Shown here piece by piece: positions 44,424 through 54,116 of a stretch of DNA of 64,000 bases. The position numbers and the translations under genes are program-made. Numbering within the stretch: the first letter of the stretch is position 1; the number at the start of each line of letters is the position of its first letter. The stretch lies in the IMG/VR virus record IMGVR_UViG_3300030294_000676; one strand, written 5' to 3'. Below the pieces are notes generated by a model. The model made no database searches. It was not told where the DNA came from and saw nothing but the letters and a program-made list of their open reading frames with translations. Source of the DNA: a virus (taxonomy: Duplodnaviria; Heunggongvirae; Uroviricota; Caudoviricetes).

Positions 44424-45620
44424 TTATTTTTTATCAATATCCTCATCATATCTAACAGCTTGAAATATAGTTTGGATAGGAATTCCATCAATAGAATAGT
44501 TAAAGTATTTAACTTTACCTTTATGTCCAATAATATCATTAATATTTTCTAAATACCAAGCTTTCAACTCTCTATCACCAATTGGCTTCGCAGCAAACGG
44601 TTTACCATCTTTAGTTTCACAAATAAAACAGAAGTCTTCTGGTCTCAATCCATCTTGATAATCAACAATTAAAAATTCATCATCTTTATATTGTTTAACT
44701 TTAATCATAGTTGAACCACGTTTACCAAATTCATACATTTTATCAGGCTTACGCGCAACTAATCCTTCAAATCCTTCAAGTACCCAACGATCATGTAATC
44801 GTTGAATATCATCCCAACTAGAACTTAAAACATGTTCAATTACTTTAATTTTATCAAATTCAGGTTTTTCACATTCAAATGCAAATTCTTCTAAAATTGA
44901 AAGTCTATCCGTAAATATCATATCAGGAATAGCTAAATCATAAATCCAAAATTCTAACATATCACAACGATCTTCCCAAGTTTTAAGTCGAGCAACACCT
45001 GATATAGTTTGTAAATGTGTTCCATGATGATATAATTCACCATCAAATACATAAGTTGGATGTTCTTTTAAAAATGATTCAAGTTGAGCCATAATTTTAC
45101 TAGCAGCTATATCATAGTCTTTACCACCTCTTGAAACTGTAACTACTTTTTGAAGTTCTTCATCCCATTTGATTTTAATCATACACCTTACTCCATCAAG
45201 TTTTCTTGAACAATAAAGTGGTTTATTAAACACAGAATTTTGACAGTCTTCTGATTTTTTAGCAAGCATTGGTTTAAGATTACCATTAGTATCAGAACGA
45301 AGTGTTGGAACAATATCATTGATTTCGGACTCAGATAATTCCTCAAACTTTTTAGTTGTTAAACTGTCTAATCGTTTATATCCTTTATCAAGATATTTAT
45401 TGATTTTACTGTTAAACTCTAAATTAGCTTGTTCAATAACAGACCTCTTAGCTTTACCTCTTTCAATAGTAACTTCTGGTTGTTCTGTCATTTTACCTTG
45501 ATATTGTCCGGTTGACCTTTTAATAGTAAAGCTATTACCATTTTGTTCTAATTCAGCAACTACAACTTGAACTTTATCCCTTGCATTTCTTGTTACTAAA
45601 TGTATTTTACTTACTATCAT
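44424..45620 (-). CDS. lig: ATP-dependent DNA ligase (crAss type)
   Basis: KPMLAK, SRKLDGVRC (motif I), FDGELY, FEGLVARK and MIKVK. Confidence 0.9.
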   Translation of the reverse strand: MIVSKIHLVTRNARDKVQVVVAELEQNGNSFTIKRSTGQYQGKMTEQPEVTIERGKAKRSVIEQANLEFNSKINKYLDKGYKRLDSLTTKKFEELSESEINDIVPTLRSDTNGNLKPMLAKKSEDCQNSVFNKPLYCSRKLDGVRCMIKIKWDEELQKVVTVSRGGKDYDIAASKIMAQLESFLKEHPTYVFDGELYHHGTHLQTISGVARLKTWEDRCDMLEFWIYDLAIPDMIFTDRLSILEEFAFECEKPEFDKIKVIEHVLSSSWDDIQRLHDRWVLEGFEGLVARKPDKMYEFGKRGSTMIKVKQYKDDEFLIVDYQDGLRPEDFCFICETKDGKPFAAKPIGDRELKAWYLENINDIIGHKGKVKYFNYSIDGIPIQTIFQAVRYDEDIDKK

Positions 45621-45774
45621 CTTCTAATTTTTCCAATTGTAAAAACGAAACTACTTCATCTGCATCTTCAAAAAGTCTATCTCTAATAGCTTCTTGAATA
45701 ACTTCCATATCATCACTGATAATTCCTAGTTCTTCTGTATAAAATATTTGATCGTATGTTACTCTAATTTTCAT
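45607..45774 (-). CDS. Small acidic hypothetical protein, 55 aa
   Basis: MKIRVTYDQIFYTEELGII...EDDSK-TAA; TAATG-coupled to the upstream gene; not in the track. Confidence 0.55.
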   Translation of the reverse strand: MKIRVTYDQIFYTEELGIISDDMEVIQEAIRDRLFEDADEVVSFLQLEKLEDDSK

Positions 45775-46052
45775 TACCACCAATGTTTTAATAATAGTTC
45801 TTCTCCTAGTTCTAACTCACATTCAGAGCATAACCAGTTATCTAAAATACTAAGTTCGCTAATATCACAGATTTCATTTCCATCTTCATCTTCTTTATAT
45901 TCATATTCTGATGAATCTCCAACGGTATAATCAACCCATACATCATTACCAATATTGTCATAATAATCAAAAAAGAATCTCCTAACATCATCAGGCATTT
46001 TTGGAGTACCCCATTGGACATCCAAAATTTTCATTGTTTGTAGTTTACTCAT
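45774..46052 (-). CDS. Hypothetical acidic protein
   Basis: 92 aa ORF coupled by TAATG overlaps. Confidence 0.6.
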   Translation of the reverse strand: MSKLQTMKILDVQWGTPKMPDDVRRFFFDYYDNIGNDVWVDYTVGDSSEYEYKEDEDGNEICDISELSILDNWLCSECELELGEELLLKHWW

Positions 46053-46537
46053 TATTTTACCCCACTTGCTCCAAATCCTGTTTTTCCTCTATCTGATTCA
46101 TCCAATGTTTCAACTTCATTCCATTCACACAAACATACTTTCCCAAGTACACCTTGTGCAATTCTATCACCATGTTGAATTTCAAATACATCATCACCTA
46201 AATTCATAAGGATTACTCCCCATTCGTTACGATAACCTGCATCTATTGTTCCTGGAGTATTTAGAACAGTTATACCTTCTTTAAGAGCTAATCCACTTCT
46301 AGGTCTAACTTGAAATTCATATCCTGGTGGAAATGAAGTAAATAGACCAGTAGGAACTAAGTATCTACCACCTGGGTATACTAATACAACTTCTCTTACT
46401 TCATCATAAACAGCACCATACATATATTCATCACTAATTCCTCGTGAGAAATCAGCTCTTAAATCCATACCAGCATCACCTGGTTTAGCATATTCAGGAA
46501 GTTTATTTGTACTTTTATTTATTACGTTTACTTTCAT
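46052..46537 (-). CDS. dut: Trimeric dUTPase
   Basis: AGMDL, VRPRSGLA, GTIDAGYR, RIAQG and RGKTGFGASG (motifs I-V). Confidence 0.95.
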   Translation of the reverse strand: MKVNVINKSTNKLPEYAKPGDAGMDLRADFSRGISDEYMYGAVYDEVREVVLVYPGGRYLVPTGLFTSFPPGYEFQVRPRSGLALKEGITVLNTPGTIDAGYRNEWGVILMNLGDDVFEIQHGDRIAQGVLGKVCLCEWNEVETLDESDRGKTGFGASGVK

Positions 46538-46708
46538 TTAGTCAATTTTAGTAATAATTAAACCTAGTGGAATAGATGCAATTGTATTATTATTCTTATC
46601 TCTAAGTAAGTTTATACCTGCTTGATAATGTGCATATACATCATGTGCTTCTATTTCAATCGTTTTATCTAAATTATTATTGTCTACATATATTCTATAT
46701 TTACTCAT
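46538..46708 (-). CDS. Small hypothetical protein, 56 aa
   Basis: MSKYRIYVDNNNLDKTIEIEAHDV...IITKID-TAA; fills the gap; not in the track. Confidence 0.5.
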   Translation of the reverse strand: MSKYRIYVDNNNLDKTIEIEAHDVYAHYQAGINLLRDKNNNTIASIPLGLIITKID

Positions 46709-46970
46709 CACTCATTTTCTTAATTAATTCTACTTTCCAATCTGGGTTTTGTTCACTCCAAATAGCAGTGTATTCTTCAAGATTCTCATCCTCCAATACT
46801 ATTAACGGAAGTTTTTTTGTTCCGTGTCTTTCCATTATTTCACGAGCTTTTTTTCTATCTTGACGATAACTGATGTTATATTCCTCTAAGATATGAGGTT
46901 CAGTTACTTCAGCAACAATTTTCATAATGAATTCACACTCATTATTATAAATTACTTTAATTACTTTCAT
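46701..46970 (-). CDS. Glutaredoxin/thioredoxin-fold-like protein (single Cys)
   Basis: VIYNNECEF...IMERHGTKKLPLIVL resembles a glutaredoxin cis-Pro loop; the CxxC is incomplete. Confidence 0.5.
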   Translation of the reverse strand: MKVIKVIYNNECEFIMKIVAEVTEPHILEEYNISYRQDRKKAREIMERHGTKKLPLIVLEDENLEEYTAIWSEQNPDWKVELIKKMSDE

Positions 46971-47140
46971 TAATCTTCAATTAATATTTCTTCAATTTCA
47001 AAATCTGTATGACGTAAATCTCTAGTTAATATAGTCATAGTTTCTTCTCTTAATATATCATCAGTTGTATCAATAGGTACTTCTACACTCATTGTCAACA
47101 TTACTGTAATATCAACTGTTTTTAATTCTTCTGGTTCCAT
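46970..47140 (-). CDS. Small acidic hypothetical protein, 56 aa
   Basis: MEPEELKTVDITVMLTMSVEV...EILIED-TAA; not in the track. Confidence 0.5.
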   Translation of the reverse strand: MEPEELKTVDITVMLTMSVEVPIDTTDDILREETMTILTRDLRHTDFEIEEILIED

Positions 47141-47143
47141 ATT

Positions 47144-47461
47144 TTATAAAAATAATATTGTTATAAATACAATTAATGCAAATATACCAATCATAGTATA
47201 CATACATCCTTGATTAGATGAATTAGATGATAATATTTCTTCATCAGTTAATTCATTTTCAGAAATACCTTGTCCAGGTTTAAACATATGACCACAATTT
47301 ATACATGTTATTTGTATCTTATTACTACCAATAAAACCAGCAGTTAATCCAATACCACCAGTTAATAATCCACCTATTACAGCTTTTCCTCCACTAAATC
47401 CTTTCTTGTTTGCTGTTAATTTATCTGAACTACATTTTGGACATCTTATTTTATTTTCCAT
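47144..47461 (-). CDS. Zn-ribbon/glycine-zipper membrane protein
   Basis: CPKC...KKGFSGGKAVIGGLLTGGIGLTAGFIG...CINC, plus a C-terminal hydrophobic helix MIGIFALIVFITILFL. Confidence 0.7.
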   Translation of the reverse strand: MENKIRCPKCSSDKLTANKKGFSGGKAVIGGLLTGGIGLTAGFIGSNKIQITCINCGHMFKPGQGISENELTDEEILSSNSSNQGCMYTMIGIFALIVFITILFL

Positions 47462-48341
47462 AATTTTCTTCTTTTATCCATTTATATTTTTTATATATCT
47501 CACATTTATTATTGTAACAATCTCTAATTCTACTAATAGAGTATCCTAATTCTTGATGTATTTCAACAGCACAGCTCCATCTTTTTATTATATTATTATT
47601 AGAATCTAATTGTAAAATTGGAATAGATCTAGGATTTTTATCTAATGTTTTTCCATACATTGAATTTCCTTTACCTTTTCTAGCATTACTCATTTTTTCT
47701 TTAACTTTATTAGAAAATTTACATCCAGCTGTTCCTTCACCTCCATTTGTTTCATTATATCCAAATTTAGGATTATTTGATTCAAATAAATTAATAAATT
47801 CTATTTCTTTTCCACAAATAATAGAATCTATTAATTTTTTATTTTCTTTATTGTTATCAACTATTTCTGTTTGATATAATACATGTTTTTCAAATACATT
47901 TCATCCATATTTACGGATGGATCTATAAAAATAGTAATCAGAATGTTTTGATTTATTTAAATGTGCAGAAAATCTACTACTTAATTTCATAATTGTTTTT
48001 CCAATATATTTTTTATTATTTATAGGATTTATAAATAAATAAATAGATCCTATTATTTCTAATTTTCCTGAAAGTTCAATCGGATTTGAAACAATATAAT
48101 TAGATAATTTTATATTTGGAATTTTTGAAATATCGTTTCGCTTTTTTAATTTAGAACAAGCTGGACACCCATGATTATCTAAATGAATATTCGGAGTTTG
48201 TTCAAATTCACCATGTTCTTTACATACAATTATTACTTTCTTAGATGATTTTTTATAATCAACTTTAGAATAATCGTATTTTTCATTATGAACTAATTTT
48301 GCTTTCTCAATAAATTCTTGTGTTGTTAATGTTTTACCCAT
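47451..48341 (-). CDS. Free-standing GIY-YIG homing endonuclease (N-terminal Zn module, NUMOD3/NUMOD1-like tail), 296 aa (1 TGA=Trp)
   Basis: Track ORFs 48341 and 47693 are one frame joined across TGA 47901-47903: GSIYLFINPINNKKYIGKT...RKYG-W-NVFEKHV...GKEIEFI...GYNETNGGEG...MSNARKG...PILQLD...KRWSC. Confidence 0.85.
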
Positions 48342-48364
48342 ATTTTATAATTTTTTAGTTTATA

Positions 48365-48372
48365 CAAAAATA
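48365..48372 (-). promoter_or_regulatory. TAnnTTTG -7 element upstream of the GIY-YIG gene
   Basis: The minus strand reads TATTTTTG(TA), 23 nt before ATG 48341. Confidence 0.5.
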
Positions 48373-48426
48373 ATAAAATAATTTTATGAAAAAACTATAT
48401 TATGTAAAAACTATAAAATATAATGA

Positions 48427-49191
48427 TTAGGATACAACTCCAAGCATTTTTCCTATTATAATTGACTTTTCGAATTTATTAACAATATCCTTTTTATCAT
48501 CGGTAATAATTTGAGTAAATGCATTATATACATCAAACATATTCGGATCTACTCCTTCTGGAATGTAATAAGCACTGTCTTGATCAATGAATAATTGCTT
48601 ATAAGCATCAATCGGGGTGGATACTGCAATTTTTACTTTACCATATCCATAGTCTTGACTTTCACGCATTGAATAGTCAACCCACTCACCTAAGTATTGT
48701 TTTCTCAAATTTCTACTAATAGTTGTGGCTTTTAATTTCTTTAATGTTGTTTGAAAATCGTTGGTTTGTTCCATCAATTGTTTAACAGCATTGTAATTTA
48801 AGGGATCACCAGGAGTCATTTCTTGCACATCCATCCACTGAGGATTGAATACTGTCAAGTTAGTACATGCTTGGTTTAAATACCCTCTATATATTTTAGC
48901 AACAGGTTTCTTAACATCAATACCATATAAAAAACCGATAACTTCATCATGGTCATCAATTGAATGTTCTCTCGGCATCACTGCTTGAATAAGAACTCTA
49001 TTATAAGTTAAATCAGTTGCATCTTTGCTACCTGTCATTTGATCAGGCATTTTAACCTGAATACGAAAATCATCTGTAAATGCAGACATTCTTTCCAAAA
49101 AAGGCTCTGCATAATTTTTAGTTTGGAAAAATTCTTTATTTTTTATAATTGTTGCTTTTCCTTTCAACAATTCCGATACACTAATATCCAT
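48427..49191 (-). CDS. Conserved crAss-like protein (DUF932-like)
   Basis: ELLKGKATIIKNKEF...EPFLERMS...TYNRVLIQAV...ACTNLTVF resembles the family seen in crAss replication modules. Confidence 0.6.
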   Translation of the reverse strand: MDISVSELLKGKATIIKNKEFFQTKNYAEPFLERMSAFTDDFRIQVKMPDQMTGSKDATDLTYNRVLIQAVMPREHSIDDHDEVIGFLYGIDVKKPVAKIYRGYLNQACTNLTVFNPQWMDVQEMTPGDPLNYNAVKQLMEQTNDFQTTLKKLKATTISRNLRKQYLGEWVDYSMRESQDYGYGKVKIAVSTPIDAYKQLFIDQDSAYYIPEGVDPNMFDVYNAFTQIITDDKKDIVNKFEKSIIIGKMLGVVS

Positions 49192-49562
49192 TATATTTTA
49201 CTGTATTCATTGATAATTTCTTTGTATCTATTATATTGTTCTTCGGAGATTTCTTTAATTTCAAAATCAGTTTCTTCACAATTATAACCATCTTGACCAG
49301 ATAGTTTCATAACTTTGTCATAATCATCAGGTTTAAGATAATATTCAAAATCAGTTTCATCATCATCATCAAAATATAAATCCATTTCTTCATCTTTACA
49401 ATCCAAATAATCATTATAACGATATCCACTAATATATGTTCCATCAATTGTTATACCTGATTCTTCATCATCCTCAATAACTTCTTTTGTTTCTCCTCCA
49501 AAATCTGGAGTACCGTGGGGATCGTAAAACCACGTTGTTTCTTTAATTAAATAATACTTCAT
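49191..49562 (-). CDS. Hypothetical acidic protein
   Basis: 123 aa, coupled by overlaps. Confidence 0.6.
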   Translation of the reverse strand: MKYYLIKETTWFYDPHGTPDFGGETKEVIEDDEESGITIDGTYISGYRYNDYLDCKDEEMDLYFDDDDETDFEYYLKPDDYDKVMKLSGQDGYNCEETDFEIKEISEEQYNRYKEIINEYSKI

Positions 49563-50143
49563 TATAAACAGTGTTTACATATATCACGGATTGTTCCGTG
49601 CATTGAATAATTATCTGTAATTTGTGATTTATTAATTGGAATAACTTTCTTTCGGATAACATCCTGAATAAGCTTATTTTTATAGGCTTTACAAGGAGTT
49701 TCGGTTATTTCAGGAAAAATTGACCACAAAGTTTTTTTAAGTTGTTGAATTTCATCATTATACACATAAGCAAAATATGATTCGCTATTTAATATAAAAA
49801 CACTAAGTTTATATTCAACTTCGGCTTGTTCAAACATCCATTCATACATTAAAGCTTGAACTAATTGTTGTTTTAATTGCCAATCTGTATAAGCTTTTTT
49901 AAACTTAACTTCTTGAATTCCCATAAAAGTTTTACCTCCATAAGAAAATTCAATCAATCCATCTGTTGCACATTTAGAAAATGGTATAGTCTTTTTAAGA
50001 GTTTTCATTCTCATATTAGACACTACCATATAATTATGTTTGTAAATGTCTTCGATTTCAGGTTCTGCCGAAGCAGGCCTGAAATCTTCTAACATTTGCT
50101 TTCCCCATAATTCTTTTGTAAAATCACTAGGAAGTCTTTTCAT
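49562..50143 (-). CDS. Putative PD-(D/E)XK-fold protein
   Basis: CATDGLIEF...GIQEVKFKK...QLVQALMY pattern. Confidence 0.45.
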   Translation of the reverse strand: MKRLPSDFTKELWGKQMLEDFRPASAEPEIEDIYKHNYMVVSNMRMKTLKKTIPFSKCATDGLIEFSYGGKTFMGIQEVKFKKAYTDWQLKQQLVQALMYEWMFEQAEVEYKLSVFILNSESYFAYVYNDEIQQLKKTLWSIFPEITETPCKAYKNKLIQDVIRKKVIPINKSQITDNYSMHGTIRDICKHCL

Positions 50144-50144
50144 A

Positions 50145-50480
50145 TTAACTGTATTGATTCATAAAATTATCAAATTCGACATTAAAAATAAATCCAGCAT
50201 CTAATAAATTTTGATGAATTTCTTCTTTTGTATCACCTATTTCTACTTCAAATACTGATTCTAATAATTCAGTATCACATAATCCAGCTTTAATTAAAGC
50301 TTCGTTATTTACATTATGTCCACCTAAATCATCAGATTGACAGTGTTCTTCATTAAACCATTCAATTGTAGTAAAACAAACTGTCCAACCTACAGCCCAA
50401 TAATCAGATGAATCTTCTTCTGGATCTTTATAAATTGAAAAATACAATTCATGAGGTTGATATATTTTTTCTTCTTCCAT
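50145..50480 (-). CDS. Hypothetical protein
   Basis: 111 aa acidic ORF in the operon. Confidence 0.55.
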   Translation of the reverse strand: MEEEKIYQPHELYFSIYKDPEEDSSDYWAVGWTVCFTTIEWFNEEHCQSDDLGGHNVNNEALIKAGLCDTELLESVFEVEIGDTKEEIHQNLLDAGFIFNVEFDNFMNQYS

Positions 50481-50481
50481 A

Positions 50482-51864
50482 TTAACTTAATACTAAACGA
50501 GTTTCTAAAATACTATCACCATCTACAATATCGAAATCACAAGCTGCTGGTGTATTACCAAAGTTTTTATGAATCCATTCACTAGAACCAAAGAATGAAG
50601 CTACTGCTTTATATCTGAACTTTTTAGCATAAGTAGTTGCAGATTGATGTAAATCACCTTTTATAAAGTGAACATTTTTACCAGTAATTTCATTATAATC
50701 CAAGTATTCTCTGATTTGATTTTCGGTCTTATCGTTGATTACAAGTGGCATATTTCTAAATACATCCTTTGCATCTTTACCATGACATAATACAAAAGTA
50801 TGATTACCAACTGTAAAGTGTTGAATATATTTTTCAAAAATTTCAACTTCAATATTAGGATTGATTACTTCTAATACAGCTTCTAAAGCTTTATTTGCAA
50901 CAAATCCAAAATCTCCATCATGGTTTCCACCTTCAACACTAACATATTTAATGTTAGAGAATTGACCACAAGAAGAAAGATTAGAGAAAAATTTAGTCAT
51001 CATTTTTACATAATTCTTAAATTGATCTTTATTATTCATATTTTGAGGTAAAGTATGACCTCCACGAGTTGTTTCAGCATTATAACCATCTAAGGCATCA
51101 CCATTATTACAAACAATTATATTTGTAGCTCCGGTTACTAATGCTAATGAACGTGCTTTTTCATAGATTTTGAATAAGCGTTCTGTTGCTACATCATAAT
51201 CAAAACGGTTTCCATATATAGAATAATCTGAAACTTCGGCACCAATATGCATATCACTTAGATATACCATAAGTGTAACATCATTTTTTACTAGTGGAGT
51301 ATTTACTACAGCTGTTCCAGTGATGTTTAATGAACTAATAAATTCTGAAAAGTTTGCGACTTGTTGTTTCAAGTCATAATACTTACCAGTCATTTCTCTT
51401 AGTTTGGTTTCAGTTAACCGAGTTCTATCTTGTTCTAATTTTCTTAGAAAATCGTTTTCTTTGTTTTGTAGAGTTAATGTGATTAACTCATCTGTTGATT
51501 TCTCCTCAATAACATGCGGTGCTATAGGAGAAGCGGCTTTGGTAACACCAAAGGCTTTTAATATCTTTTTGAAATCCTGAAATGTATAGTTCGGGAAATA
51601 TCTTGATATTGTGCGTTGAGTTAAATTTGATCCTTCGGCAGAATACAATCTGTACATTAAGTCAACTTCTTCGCGGGTAAATTCACCTTCAATGGCTGGT
51701 TTATTACGAACTAAGATCTTAAACTTATATCCAGATATCTTGCCAACTGTTTCTGAACCAATCTTAATTGATTGCGAATTATCTCTATCAACTGAAATCA
51801 GTGTTCTTCCATCAAATGCGGCATCTACTGAAGCATCGCTTTTTACTACTTTCTTTTTATCCAT
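50482..51864 (-). CDS. Metallophosphoesterase/nuclease (Mre11/SbcD-like fold) with N-terminal extension
   Basis: LSDMHIG, NNGDALDG, EGGNHD, LCHG and KGDLHQ. Confidence 0.75.
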   Translation of the reverse strand: MDKKKVVKSDASVDAAFDGRTLISVDRDNSQSIKIGSETVGKISGYKFKILVRNKPAIEGEFTREEVDLMYRLYSAEGSNLTQRTISRYFPNYTFQDFKKILKAFGVTKAASPIAPHVIEEKSTDELITLTLQNKENDFLRKLEQDRTRLTETKLREMTGKYYDLKQQVANFSEFISSLNITGTAVVNTPLVKNDVTLMVYLSDMHIGAEVSDYSIYGNRFDYDVATERLFKIYEKARSLALVTGATNIIVCNNGDALDGYNAETTRGGHTLPQNMNNKDQFKNYVKMMTKFFSNLSSCGQFSNIKYVSVEGGNHDGDFGFVANKALEAVLEVINPNIEVEIFEKYIQHFTVGNHTFVLCHGKDAKDVFRNMPLVINDKTENQIREYLDYNEITGKNVHFIKGDLHQSATTYAKKFRYKAVASFFGSSEWIHKNFGNTPAACDFDIVDGDSILETRLVLS

Positions 51865-51901
51865 TTATTTTTTGTATGTGCTGTTACGCCGTTATGTTTA
51901 T

Positions 51902-51942
51902 AAAATGAAAAAGGCCGATAGAAATTAATCTATCGACCTTTT
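51902..51942 (-). terminator. Intrinsic terminator after the 51992-52678 gene
   Basis: The minus strand reads AAAAGGTCGATAGA-TTAATT-TCTATCGGCCTTTT followed by TCATTTT. Confidence 0.7.
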
Positions 51943-51991
51943 AAAAATATTAGCTATTTGTCTAAAGACTGGGTTGCTAATTCCCTAGTGA

Positions 51992-52678
51992 TTACTCTTG
52001 TACGAAAAACAAGAATTTACCTAATTTTGCAGATTTTGATGGAGTATATTGTCCATAACCTGCATATTTTTGACCGTCAGTTACTTCTTTTACGATTTCA
52101 ATAACGTAGTCTTTTTTGTTTGCTTCGATCAACTCTTTCATGATTTTAAGAGCTAAATCTTTTTTATCAGCACGAGCTTCAACAGCACCGGTAGCGATAA
52201 CTTTAACTTCAGGAATTTCAACTTCTTTAGTTTTGGTTTCTAATTCACCATCCTCATTTTTGAATTCTACTGTAATTGTTTCTTTACGATAAGGAGATTG
52301 GAATTCTACTTCTTTTTCTTCTTTTGTTTCTGGATCAATTACTGTTTTCTTTTCAGTATGAAATTTAACTGCTAGTTCAGCTTCTTTGATTTGGTATACT
52401 GTGATAGTTTTACGTTTTCCAATAGTTGTTTCATTAATCACACTATATGGACGTAAACGAGTATCATCAGACGCTGCATCAACTACTAAATAAGCACCAA
52501 CTGCTTTATTTTTCTTGATATAATCAGCCATGAAACGATTAAGATCTTTTGTATTTACTGGAGATCCTTCTTTTTTCCATGCTTGTGTAGCGTTTTTCAA
52601 CATTTCTAATTTCACGTCTAATCCTGTTGCTTCTAAAGCTGCTTGTTTGTTGTACCCTTGTACTTCTACTGTTTTCAT
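51992..52678 (-). CDS. Conserved crAss-like hypothetical protein
   Basis: 228 aa; bracketed by its own promoter element and terminator; ends YTPSKSAKLGKFLFF. Confidence 0.65.
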   Translation of the reverse strand: MKTVEVQGYNKQAALEATGLDVKLEMLKNATQAWKKEGSPVNTKDLNRFMADYIKKNKAVGAYLVVDAASDDTRLRPYSVINETTIGKRKTITVYQIKEAELAVKFHTEKKTVIDPETKEEKEVEFQSPYRKETITVEFKNEDGELETKTKEVEIPEVKVIATGAVEARADKKDLALKIMKELIEANKKDYVIEIVKEVTDGQKYAGYGQYTPSKSAKLGKFLFFVQE

Positions 52679-52745
52679 AAGTCCTTTTACATTTTTTGTA
52701 ATAATTTAATTTTCATCTATGCGTTTTCCTCATCTAATTACAATA

Positions 52746-52776
52746 CAAAGATAATGCTTTTATTTGGAATAAAAGC
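52746..52776 (-). promoter_or_regulatory. TAnnTTTG promoter with an overlapping 9-bp inverted repeat
   Basis: TATCTTTG at 52746-52753; GCTTTTATT-TGG-AATAAAAGC at 52756-52776. Confidence 0.55.
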
Positions 52777-52797
52777 TATACACCTTGTTAAAAAATG

Positions 52798-53745
52798 TTA
52801 AATTCCCAATACTGTTTTGTGTATAGGAGATTCCATATAACTTTTTTTATCTCTCGGAGAATCAATTTTTGCAATTGCTTCATCCACAGAGTAATCCAAT
52901 AGATATATACTAATATATAATTCTTTCAGATCAGCTAATGAAAACTTATCCGACTTTTCTACAAGCTCGGCAATATCAGCACTAGGAACATTTTTATGTT
53001 CAAAATATTCTTTACGTGTGTTTTCACAAGGTAAAGGTATTTCTATTTTTAAGTCTATACGACTTGGTCTTAAGAAAGTATCAGGAATTACTTGAGTATT
53101 ATTTGTTGTTGCAATAACAACATGATGATCTAAATGGGTTTTACCATCTAAAAAATCTAATAATTCCATCTCAACATCTTCATACTGATCCAAATCTTCA
53201 AGAATTGTTATAACCGGAGTATCTGGTTGTACTTTTCTAAAACATGTACGTAGAAATTCTACATAATGATCTAAATTACGATAACCTGTAATTTTAAATA
53301 CAACACCACCTCTGTTCATAATTTCTTTCGATAAGATTGAAATGATTGAACTTTTACCAGTTCCAGGATATCCTTCTAAAAGAATACCACGTTTGTGAAT
53401 TAATTTGTTTTCTTTATAACGATCCGCTTTATCCCAAAACATGTTAATTTCTTCCATTAGTTTTGTTGTAATTGAATCACTAAATACAAATAATTCATCA
53501 GACTTTACATCCATTTGTTTTATAAATAAACCTGCTTCTCTAGAATAATCAACTGTATAAACACCTGGTTCTAGTTTTTCAAATTTTTCTTCATCAATTG
53601 ACGCACGAATAATATCTCCGGTTTTAACCCATATTGATACTTTGTTTTCTTCGTCATCTTCTTCTCTACTATTTTCTCTATGCATTTCTATAAAATCTTC
53701 TAATACAAATAATTGTGGTACGTCTGGGTCTAAAATGGAAGCCAT
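52798..53745 (-). CDS. AAA+ ATPase
   Basis: GILLEGYPGTGKS, ILEDLD, IATTN and LRPSRID. Confidence 0.85.
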   Translation of the reverse strand: MASILDPDVPQLFVLEDFIEMHRENSREEDDEENKVSIWVKTGDIIRASIDEEKFEKLEPGVYTVDYSREAGLFIKQMDVKSDELFVFSDSITTKLMEEINMFWDKADRYKENKLIHKRGILLEGYPGTGKSSIISILSKEIMNRGGVVFKITGYRNLDHYVEFLRTCFRKVQPDTPVITILEDLDQYEDVEMELLDFLDGKTHLDHHVVIATTNNTQVIPDTFLRPSRIDLKIEIPLPCENTRKEYFEHKNVPSADIAELVEKSDKFSLADLKELYISIYLLDYSVDEAIAKIDSPRDKKSYMESPIHKTVLGI

Positions 53746-54116
53746 TGTGATAAAATTTCTTTAATTTTGTTAATAATCTCTTGTGAGGTTTTCATACCAC
53801 AAGTGTCAATCTTTGTGCACCCATAGGATAAATCTTCAACAAGAATTGCAAGAGCTTCTAAGAACTGATAAAAACCAGAATTACTCTTTTCTTCTCTTGT
53901 AAGTTTCATCAGCAGTTTTAAAGGTGTCATTTCCACATCTTTTTCTTTCATCTTTCTATAGGCTAAAGCAACTAATGAAATTAGCATCAACTTATCATTC
54001 ATATCACCAGACTCAAAATTGCCTAATGAAAAAACTTTATGGTAAACACTTCTTTTATCATCACAAACTAACCCATTTAAAGTAATAACAGTAGATTCTA
54101 CTGAATGTCTATCCAT
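53730..54116 (-). CDS. Conserved crAss-like hypothetical protein
   Basis: 128 aa, overlaps both neighbours; TAG stop. Confidence 0.6.
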   Translation of the reverse strand: MDRHSVESTVITLNGLVCDDKRSVYHKVFSLGNFESGDMNDKLMLISLVALAYRKMKEKDVEMTPLKLLMKLTREEKSNSGFYQFLEALAILVEDLSYGCTKIDTCGMKTSQEIINKIKEILSQWLPF

